DNA of 26,320 bases, from positions 1 to 26,320 of the forward strand of contig JAVYME010000016.1 in the NCBI GenBank assembly GCA_038736825.1. The letters run 5' to 3'. The notes under the pieces were generated by a model that was given only the letters and a program-made list of their open reading frames with translations, did not search any database and was not told the DNA's origin. Source of the DNA: Candidatus Iainarchaeum sp. (GTDB taxonomy: Archaea; Iainarchaeota; Iainarchaeia; Iainarchaeales; DTGL01). The position numbers and the translations under genes were made by a program. This document shows, piece after piece, positions 15,780-22,413 of this stretch (its first letter is position 1; each line of letters opens with the position of its first letter).

Positions 15780-16838
15780 TTAAAGGTATCCTTCAACGAG
15801 CAGGTCTCCGCCCAGCTGTCGCATGGAGCCTTTTTTTATGCGAAGTTTTTTGCTTAGCGAATCATGACAGAATTCAAGTCCCCGGCCGACTTCTTTCCTT
15901 GAAAAGATTAGGACTATTTTGTCTGCCAGTTTTTCTTCTAGGAATGAAGTGTTGATTTTTTGTCCTCCTTCAACCAGTACGCTCATATAATTTTTTTTTC
16001 CAAGGATTGCCAGCACTTGTTTCAAGTCCAGTTTTTCTTTTTTTGCTTTTACGGAAATGCATTGCACGCCTTTTTTTTCAAGTGCCTTTCTTTTCTTGGG
16101 GTTTGCTTTGCTGGAATGAAAAACCATGGTTTTTCCTTTTTCTTTTAAAAGCCTTGCATTCAATGGGATTTGCAGTTTTGGGTCAAGTATTACTCGCACT
16201 GGGTTTCTTGAGCCCGGTTTTCTACAACTAAGCCTTGGATTGTCTTTTAGCACGGTTCCAATGCCTACAAGAATGCAATCGCATTCTGCCCGATAATCTT
16301 GCACATACTTGTCTGCTTTCTTTCCAGAGATTTTTTTCCTTTTTCCGTTTCCCCAGGAAATAAAACCGTCTCTTGTCAGGGCTGATTTTAAAACAACAAA
16401 TGGTTTTTTTGTTTTAATCCATTTGTTGAAATAATCGTTCAACCTTAATGCCTCGCTTTCAAGAATGCCTGCTTGCACTCCTATGCCTGCCTTTTGCAAT
16501 CTTTTAATTCCTTTTTCCCTGTTTTTAGGGTTTGCATCTAACGCTCCAATGAACACTCTTGAAATTCCCGCTTTGATTATTTTTTTAGTGCAAGGCCCAG
16601 TGAAGCCCTTGCAAGAGCATGGTTCCAGAGAGCAATAAAGGTCTGCGTTTTTTGCATTTTTTCCAGCTTTTTCTAGTGCTATTGCTTCTGCATGTTTTCT
16701 TCCTTTTTCTCCATGAAAGCCGGTGGCAATAATTCTGCCATCTTTTACTATAATGCATCCCACAAAAGGTCTTGCCTTTACTTTGCCTTTTCCCTTTTGA
16801 GCCAATATTATTGCTTTTTCCATTAACTCTTCTGTCAT
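15780..16838 (-). CDS. ribD: Bifunctional riboflavin biosynthesis protein RibD (pyrimidine deaminase + reductase), bacterial-type fusion
   Basis: CMP/dCMP deaminase zinc motifs HAEAIAL and LEPCSCKGFTGPC. The C-terminal RibD_C-like reductase half has KSALTRDGFIS and LVEGGQKINTSFL. Confidence 0.88.
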   Translation of the reverse strand: MTEELMEKAIILAQKGKGKVKARPFVGCIIVKDGRIIATGFHGEKGRKHAEAIALEKAGKNAKNADLYCSLEPCSCKGFTGPCTKKIIKAGISRVFIGALDANPKNREKGIKRLQKAGIGVQAGILESEALRLNDYFNKWIKTKKPFVVLKSALTRDGFISWGNGKRKKISGKKADKYVQDYRAECDCILVGIGTVLKDNPRLSCRKPGSRNPVRVILDPKLQIPLNARLLKEKGKTMVFHSSKANPKKRKALEKKGVQCISVKAKKEKLDLKQVLAILGKKNYMSVLVEGGQKINTSFLEEKLADKIVLIFSRKEVGRGLEFCHDSLSKKLRIKKGSMRQLGGDLLVEGYL

Positions 16839-17040
16839 GTTAAAAAAAATGGTTGATGTTTTTTTAACACCAAGGCTTTCACTAAAAATTGAATTTGCTT
16901 TCTTTTTATTATTCTGGCAATGTTTAAACCGGTTTAATATCTTTATTCCAGCACTTGGATAAAATCCAACAGTTTTTGCGAGCAGTAGAAATGTTTTTTA
17001 AGGCTTTTATGCTTGATTTTCTGTGTTTTAGGGAAAAACC

Positions 17041-18984
17041 GTGGAATTAATTGGCTGGGAAGTGGAAGCAATGGGTTTGGCTGAGTGGAGCGAGCAAAAG
17101 GGCTTTTTTGCAAAAAGCACTCCAAAAAAAGCTGCCACCACTGATTCTGAAGCAGAATGGAATAAAATTGAACAGGCTCTTTTGCGAAGGAAAGAGCAAG
17201 CCAATTCAATGGAAGAACCAGACAGCGCGCTTATTTCTCTCATAAACCAGCTTGATTCAGAAATAAAATCCAAAAGGCAGGGAACTGCCAGCGAGCAGTC
17301 GTTGCAGCATTCCAAAGAATTGCTGGAAATGATTGATGAGCGCTTGCATGGCACAGCCTGGCCTGTAAAGGAATTGCAAAAAAAATTAAAGAAGCCGGCT
17401 TTGAGTGAAATGGAGGAAATTGTTCCTGTGGCTGAAAAAAAACCGGAGGAAACCAAAATGGGCTCAAGTTTTGATGTCAAAAAAGAAGAGGAAAGCATAA
17501 GGGCTGCCATGGAGGCAAAATTGAAGGCAGCCGAGCAAGAGCAAGCAAAACAGTCAAGCAAGACTGCAATCGAGCAACCTTCAAATATTGAAACCCATAA
17601 AAGCAATGCTTCAATTGTTGAGGATGACTTGTTTGAACCTGAAGAGCCTCCAAAGGATGCTCCGGAACCATTAGATGAAGCAGAAACAGAGGTTTTCGAA
17701 GAAGAATTTGAAGAAGTGGAGGAAAAGCCAGAGGAAAAGCCAAAACCTGAAAAAAAAGAAAAAAGAGAGGAAAAGCCAAAAAAAGAAACCTTGCGAGATT
17801 TCAAGGGCAAAATAGATGTTGAAAAAGCAGAATTTCTTTACAAAGCCTCAGTAAACCAATTGCTTAAAGCACAACTAGAAAATGGGGCAATTATTCCAAC
17901 AACAAGCGAGAAAAGCTATTTGAATGTTTATCCGCGCGATCTAGCCTTTTGCGCTCTAGCACTTGTAAAAGCTGAAAGGTTTGATGAAGCCAAAAAGGCT
18001 TTAGAGTTTGCCTTTAAATACCAAGACAGAAAAACAGGCAGTTTTCCGCAAAGATGGGATGAGGCTGGCAACAATACTGGGTATAAGCCAGTGCAGCCTG
18101 ATGCTGCTGCCTTAGTTCTTTATGCTTTTGCAGAATATGTTTTGGACAAAAACAACACTGATTTTGCAGAAATGAATTGGGACAGAATTGAGAAAACAGT
18201 TGATTTCTTGAATTCAAAAATTGTTTCTGAAAAAGACTTGGTTTTTGCTCCATCCTCAATCCATGAATTTCCTCCAATGGAGCAAGGGTACGAGATTTGG
18301 GCAAACGCAACCTGTTGTGCAGCATTCAAAAACCTTTCCAGGGTTGCAGAAAAAATAAGGGTTGACTATGCTCCGCTCAGCAAAGAGAATGTCTTAAAGG
18401 ACGCCATCCTGCAATACATGTGGAATTCCAGAAAACAGTGCTTTGTGAAAGCAATAAGGATTGGCGAGTCAAGCTCAGTAATGCTTTGGCCTGATGCCTC
18501 TCCCTTAGCACTGTCCTTTTTTGATGTTTTTCCCACAAACGACAAAAAAATGGCTTCAACAGTCAAACTAATTGAGGAAAAACTGTGGCATAAATCCTTT
18601 GGGGGAATTTCCAAGTTTGGCTTTGTTGAAGGCATAGAGAAAGGCGGCTTTGGAGCAAGCCCATTCTTCACACTCTTGTTGTCAGACTATTTCATTAAAA
18701 CAGGGGACAGAGAAAAAGCCGAAAAGTTTTTGGGCTGGGTGATAAGCATTGGCCAGTCAGGCTCTCTCCCAGAACACATTGCCACCAAAGAAGACTTTGA
18801 AGCATTTGCATCAGATTTCAGTGATGCTGGTCTTCTAAATCGGAACACAATGAAGCAAATAAATGCTGCAAGGGAAAGCCAAGAATTCAAGCAAGGAGTT
18901 GCCCGCATAACCGAGCCATTTTCAATGGCGCACGCAGCATTCATAATTGTTTGGAAAAACTATAAGGAAAAATTCCTAAAGTGA
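17041..18984 (+). CDS. Glycoside hydrolase family 15 (glucoamylase/glucodextranase-like) with a ~250-aa acidic, K/E-rich disordered N-terminal extension
   Basis: The C-terminal ~385 aa has (alpha/alpha)6 GH15-like motifs: ENGAIIPTTSEKSYLNVYPRDLAFCALAL, PVQPDAAALVLYAF, YEIWANATC, GGISKF, SLPEHI. The ORF opens at GTG 17041; ATG 17071 (MGLAEW) is an equally plausible start. Confidence 0.78.
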   Translation: MELIGWEVEAMGLAEWSEQKGFFAKSTPKKAATTDSEAEWNKIEQALLRRKEQANSMEEPDSALISLINQLDSEIKSKRQGTASEQSLQHSKELLEMIDERLHGTAWPVKELQKKLKKPALSEMEEIVPVAEKKPEETKMGSSFDVKKEEESIRAAMEAKLKAAEQEQAKQSSKTAIEQPSNIETHKSNASIVEDDLFEPEEPPKDAPEPLDEAETEVFEEEFEEVEEKPEEKPKPEKKEKREEKPKKETLRDFKGKIDVEKAEFLYKASVNQLLKAQLENGAIIPTTSEKSYLNVYPRDLAFCALALVKAERFDEAKKALEFAFKYQDRKTGSFPQRWDEAGNNTGYKPVQPDAAALVLYAFAEYVLDKNNTDFAEMNWDRIEKTVDFLNSKIVSEKDLVFAPSSIHEFPPMEQGYEIWANATCCAAFKNLSRVAEKIRVDYAPLSKENVLKDAILQYMWNSRKQCFVKAIRIGESSSVMLWPDASPLALSFFDVFPTNDKKMASTVKLIEEKLWHKSFGGISKFGFVEGIEKGGFGASPFFTLLLSDYFIKTGDREKAEKFLGWVISIGQSGSLPEHIATKEDFEAFASDFSDAGLLNRNTMKQINAARESQEFKQGVARITEPFSMAHAAFIIVWKNYKEKFLK

Positions 18985-18989
18985 TCTTT

Positions 18990-19208
18990 TCACTTTGGCC
19001 TTTTATGCTGCTGTCTTGGCTTTTTTTGTGTTTTAATCCTTTTTTGCCCGCGCCTAACTGCCTCTATTTGTTGGTCAAGCCATTTCACGTATTCCCATAA
19101 CTGGTTCATTTTTCTTGGCGGAATTGAATCCTTGTGGTCGCGCATCATTTGCAAAACATGCTGTCTTTGCCTTGCAAGGTCTAGTTCCCGGGAATGTTTT
19201 TCAGGCAT
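18990..19208 (-). CDS. Hypothetical small basic helical protein (72 aa)
   Basis: ATG start with a TATA-like CCTTTTAAAAAC about 30 nt upstream on the minus strand. Composition is not low-complexity until the basic tail (KRIKTQKKPRQQHKRPK). No family recognised. Confidence 0.5.
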   Translation of the reverse strand: MPEKHSRELDLARQRQHVLQMMRDHKDSIPPRKMNQLWEYVKWLDQQIEAVRRGQKRIKTQKKPRQQHKRPK

Positions 19209-19388
19209 GATAGATTATTGCATTATTGTTTTTAAAAGGCGATTTGTGCTTGCCGCATGCTTTTTAATCCTTTAGGCATCTATTTTTATTGAAAGGTGGA
19301 TTCTTTTTCTTTGCTTTCTTTTTGAGAGCAAAGGCTTCGCAAGAAGCATCCTTTCATTTTTTCAACAAAATTGTTCACGGGTGTTTTA

Positions 19389-19964
19389 ATGGGAGTGTTT
19401 GATGTTCCTGCAAGCGATTTGATTGAAGAGATTGCAGTGGATTTAAGGGAAAAATTTGGGGTTGAAAAACCGCCTTTTGCTGATTATGTCAAAACAGGCG
19501 TTTGCAAGGAGCGCGCTCCCCAAAGAGAGGACTGGTATTATGTAAGGGTTGCCTCGATTTTTTACCGCATTTTCAAGGAAGGCCCGCTTGGAGTGGGTTC
19601 ACTGAGAACCTATTATGGTGGCAGAAAAGCTCGCGGAGTCAAACCGCACAAGTTTGAAAAGGCTTCAGGCAAAATAATAAGGAAAGGCATTCAAGACCTG
19701 GAAAAAATTGGCTTTTTGAAAAAAGCTCCAAAGGGCAGAATTGTTAGCCCCAAAGGGCACTCTTATTTGGTTAAAAAAGCAAAAGAGGTAATGGCTCTTC
19801 TCCCGCAAAAAAGGATTGAAAGGGAAAAGCGCAGGATTGAACGGTTTGAAAAAATGGAGCGCTTGCGATTGGAACAAGCTAAAAGGGGAGAACCAGAAGC
19901 AGGACCAAAAGAAAAATTCAAGAAAAAAGGAAAAAGCGAAAAACAGAAAAAGGAGGAGGAATAA
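19389..19964 (+). CDS. rps19e: 30S ribosomal protein S19e with a ~53-aa K/E/R-rich C-terminal extension
   Basis: VFDVPASDLIEEIA, EDWYYVRVASIFYRI, GVGSLRTYYGGRK, IIRKGIQDLEKIGF. The ORF opens at TTG 19371; ATG 19389 fits the family N-terminus. Confidence 0.9.
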   Translation: MGVFDVPASDLIEEIAVDLREKFGVEKPPFADYVKTGVCKERAPQREDWYYVRVASIFYRIFKEGPLGVGSLRTYYGGRKARGVKPHKFEKASGKIIRKGIQDLEKIGFLKKAPKGRIVSPKGHSYLVKKAKEVMALLPQKRIEREKRRIERFEKMERLRLEQAKRGEPEAGPKEKFKKKGKSEKQKKEEE

Positions 19965-19972
19965 AGCTGGCG

Positions 19973-20308
19973 GTGTCTTTTTTGGCTGACCCTGAACTAG
20001 AACAAATAAAGGCAATAAAAATGGAGGAATTGCAGCAACAGTTAGCCCAACAACAGGCTGAAGCCGAAAAGAAAGCGCTTGCAGAGCAAAGGATTGAATT
20101 GCTTTTGAAAAAGCTTCTTTCACCTGAAGCAAAAGCAAGATTGAAAAACGTGAAACTTGTAAACCAAGAATTGTACTGGCTGGCAGTACAGCAAGTCTTG
20201 CTTTTGTTTCGCGCCGGCCATGTTTCAGGACAAATAACTGAAGCGCAAGTGAAAATGATTCTTGAAAAGCTTTCTGCAAAAAGGGAAATAAGAATAAAGA
20301 GGAAATGA
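19973..20308 (+). CDS. PDCD5/TFAR19-family DNA-binding protein (MTH1615-like)
   Basis: ELEQIKAIKMEELQQQ..LSPEAKARLKNVKLV..ITEAQVKMILEKLSAKREIRIKRK closely parallels the archaeal PDCD5 homologue. GTG start. Conserved position after S19e. Confidence 0.88.
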   Translation: MSFLADPELEQIKAIKMEELQQQLAQQQAEAEKKALAEQRIELLLKKLLSPEAKARLKNVKLVNQELYWLAVQQVLLLFRAGHVSGQITEAQVKMILEKLSAKREIRIKRK

Positions 20309-20574
20309 AAATGAGTTCAACCAAAGAAGAAAAATTCAAAGAGTTTTTGATAAGTGAAAGGAAAAAGATTGGTTCAGGCATTACCTCTGCCCCCGTTTGG
20401 ATTATGCAGAAAGCCGGAAAGCGTGTTTACAACAGGCGGCAGGCCAGGAGCTGGAAAGAAGCAGATTTTGGCTCTCGTTACAGGAAAAGAAAGTTGAACG
20501 AGAAAAGGCAGAGGCGCGGAAAACCGGTTAAAAATCCAGCTAAACAGTTCAACGTGAAAGAGGTGAACAAGTGA
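20305..20574 (+). CDS. rpl39e: 50S ribosomal protein L39e with N- and C-terminal basic extensions (89 aa vs about 50 typical)
   Basis: The core SAPVWIMQKAGKRVYNRRQARSWKE matches L39e (VPAWVMLKT..KRRHWRR). ATGA overlap with the upstream gene. Conserved cluster position. Confidence 0.8.
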   Translation: MKMSSTKEEKFKEFLISERKKIGSGITSAPVWIMQKAGKRVYNRRQARSWKEADFGSRYRKRKLNEKRQRRGKPVKNPAKQFNVKEVNK

Positions 20575-20996
20575 TGGCTGAAAAAATGATTGTTTCGCTT
20601 GTGCCAGTTTTTTTTGCGCCAAAAAGCAAGAGAGCCAAGAGAGCAATAAAAAGGATAAGAAGTTGCCTGGCAAAGCGCTTTCATGTTGAAGAAAAAGCAG
20701 TGTTCATTTCTGCTGGAATAAACCGTGCGGTTTTTGAAAAGGGCTTTCAAAAAATTCCAAGGCGCTTGGAAATAATGGTTGAATCCGAAAAAGACAGGGT
20801 TTTGGCTTTTTTGAAAGGCGAAAAATTGCCTGAAAAAAAAGAAGCCAAAAAGGAAAAAGCGGAAAAAAAGCCAAAAGAGGAATCAAAAGAGGAAAGAGAG
20901 GAAAGAGAAGAACTTGAGAGAAGAAAAAGGGAAAAACACGAAAAAGAACTAGCTGCAGAAAAAACCGCAATCAAAATGAAAACTGACAGGGTGTAA
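20574..20996 (+). CDS. rpl31e: 50S ribosomal protein L31e with a ~55-aa K/E-rich C-terminal extension
   Basis: APKSKRAKRAIKRIRSCLAKRFHVEEKAVFISAGINRAVFEKGFQKIPRRLEIMV matches the L31e core. Start is ATG 20574 or GTG 20571, overlapping the L39e stop. Confidence 0.88.
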   Translation: MAEKMIVSLVPVFFAPKSKRAKRAIKRIRSCLAKRFHVEEKAVFISAGINRAVFEKGFQKIPRRLEIMVESEKDRVLAFLKGEKLPEKKEAKKEKAEKKPKEESKEEREEREELERRKREKHEKELAAEKTAIKMKTDRV

Positions 20997-21002
20997 GCGC
21001 TG

Positions 21003-21662
21003 GTGAGGATTGACAAGCGCTCCATTGTTGCGAGCCCTTTCATTGGTGTTTTTGGCATTCTTACAGACAAATTTTTTCTAGTGCCAACCTCAATCCTTGA
21101 AAAAGAACTTTTTGGATTGCAAGAACTTGTTGGAGTTGAAGTGCTCAAAGCAAGCATTGCAGGCTCGCCTCTTTTAGGCGCACTTGGAGTGGGAGTTGGC
21201 GAAAAAATTGCAGTTTCAGAGCTTGCCAGAGATAAAGAAATAGAGGAAATGGAAAAAGCAGGCCTTAAAGTGAAAAGAATTCCGGGCATTACTGCATTGG
21301 GCAACCTAGCCCGCATTACAGAAAAAGGAGGCATTTTGTCCCCGGCACTCTCAAGCGAACAATGCAAAACCCTGAAATCCTTTTTTGGAACAACAATGAT
21401 TCAAACAACTATTGCAGGCTTGGATTTAGCTGGTTCCTGCATTGCAGCCAGTTCAACCGGCTTTATAGTGCACCCAAGCGTTTCAAAAACAGAATTTGAA
21501 AAAATCTGTGAAGCACTCAAAGTTAACGGAAAACCAACAACCGCCAACTATGGCGACCGCTTTGTGGGCAACAGCGTGCTTGCAAACAAAAACGCAGTGT
21601 TGCTGGGAGCAAACACCACAGGACACGAGCTTTTAAGAATAGAGGAGGCATTTTTTGGCTGA
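21003..21662 (+). CDS. eif6: Translation initiation factor 6 (aIF6), ribosome anti-association factor
   Basis: The pentein repeat pattern SPFIGVFGILTDKFFLVP, IAGSPLLGALGVGVGEKIAV, ITALGNLARITEKGGILSP, LAGSCIAASSTGFIVHP, FVGNSVLANKNAVLLG. GTG start. Conserved cluster position. Confidence 0.9.
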   Translation: MRIDKRSIVASPFIGVFGILTDKFFLVPTSILEKELFGLQELVGVEVLKASIAGSPLLGALGVGVGEKIAVSELARDKEIEEMEKAGLKVKRIPGITALGNLARITEKGGILSPALSSEQCKTLKSFFGTTMIQTTIAGLDLAGSCIAASSTGFIVHPSVSKTEFEKICEALKVNGKPTTANYGDRFVGNSVLANKNAVLLGANTTGHELLRIEEAFFG

Positions 21663-21724
21663 ATGTCTCAAACCATAAAAAACCATTCATTCATTTATTT
21701 TTTGGAATTCTGGTTGGTGATAGC

Positions 21725-21904
21725 ATGAAATTTGAATTAAAGGGTTTTTTTTGCAAAGAAAAACAAAAAAGGCCTTTTTGCAAAAAAGTTGAAGCGCCAA
21801 GCGAGGCAAGGGCAAAAGAAAAACTGTACAGTCTTTTCGGTTCAGAGCACGGCATTAAAAGGCGCTCAATTAAAATAACCGAAATCAATAAATTAGGGGA
21901 CTAA
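21725..21904 (+). CDS. rplX: 50S ribosomal protein LX (L18Ae/L20A family), 59 aa
   Basis: Below the ORF-track size cutoff. My translation is MKFELKGFFCKEKQKRPFCKKVEAPSEARAKEKLYSLFGSEHGIKRRSIKITEINKLGD. It has the LX hallmark ..A.EK.YS..GS.H..KR..I.I, the SD-like GGTGAT upstream, and the canonical position between aIF6 and prefoldin alpha. Confidence 0.82.
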   Translation: MKFELKGFFCKEKQKRPFCKKVEAPSEARAKEKLYSLFGSEHGIKRRSIKITEINKLGD

Positions 21905-21933
21905 ACAATAAGTATAGGCTTTGAGGTGAAGTT

Positions 21934-22401
21934 ATGGCCAAAGAGAAAGCAAGGGAAAGAGAGATTGTGCTAAGCCCGCAAGAACTGATTTCATTGTATG
22001 AAAACCAGCGCAATATCCTGGAAACAATCGTGCAACAAGAATCAGCAATGTTGAACGCATTAAGCGAAATTGCGGGAGCAGAAGAAGCCCTAAAAGAAAT
22101 AGAAAAGGCTGGCTCTAGCCCCAAAATCCTTGTTTTGCTTGGAGCAGGGGTTTTTGCTGAAGCCCAAGTAAGCAACAAACAGGTTAAAAGCGATATTGGC
22201 ACCGGCATTCTGGAAACCACTGAAATTGCAAAAGCACTCAACCATCTCGAAAACAAAAAGAAAAATGTTTCAGCAAACCTTTCAGCACTTCAAAAGAAAA
22301 AACAAGAGGTTGTTGCAGGGCTTACCGGTCTCGAGGACGCAATGAGGCAAATGCAGGCAGCTCTGGCCAAAAAAAGCACTTCACCCTCAAGCGTTTCTTG
22401 A
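21934..22401 (+). CDS. pfdA: Prefoldin alpha subunit
   Basis: Coiled coil, then beta-hairpin region (ILVLLGAGVFAEAQV..SDIGTGILET), then coiled coil. GAGGTGA SD. Conserved cluster position. Confidence 0.88.
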   Translation: MAKEKAREREIVLSPQELISLYENQRNILETIVQQESAMLNALSEIAGAEEALKEIEKAGSSPKILVLLGAGVFAEAQVSNKQVKSDIGTGILETTEIAKALNHLENKKKNVSANLSALQKKKQEVVAGLTGLEDAMRQMQAALAKKSTSPSSVS

Positions 22402-22413
22402 ACGTGAACAAAA

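Noticed and set aside
16839-16868. Inverted repeat GTTAAAAAAA-N10-TTTTTTTAAC next to the ribD start
   Set aside because: It is made of homopolymer A/T runs, which are abundant in this AT-rich DNA. It more likely reflects the TATA/A-tract region of the ribD promoter than a specific structure.
16924-16937. Perfect 14-bp palindrome TTAAACCGGTTTAA in the ribD / GH15 spacer
   Set aside because: A 7+7 palindrome is expected about once or more by chance in 26 kb, especially in AT-rich sequence. There is no second copy or associated regulator, so I did not promote it to a finding.
17028-17810. 260-aa Ser-rich minus-strand ORF
   Set aside because: It is the antisense of the GAA/AAA-rich N-terminal region of the GH15 gene. 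The poly-Ser/Phe low complexity is the mirror image of E/K codons.
1439-19177. Recurrence of CTTGCAAG / CCTTGCAAGG-like palindromes (e.g. about 1439, 5445/5463, 14951, 16608, 19168, 19502)
   Set aside because: Most copies are inside coding regions and fit common Leu-Ala-Lys/Arg codon strings. This looks like a composition or codon effect rather than a dispersed regulatory motif or repeat element.
19665-21367. Minus-strand ORFs 19665..20381 (238 aa) and 20747..21367 (206 aa)
   Set aside because: They are antisense to the well-supported S19e, PDCD5-like, L31e and aIF6 genes, with Phe/Leu/Ser-rich junk composition.
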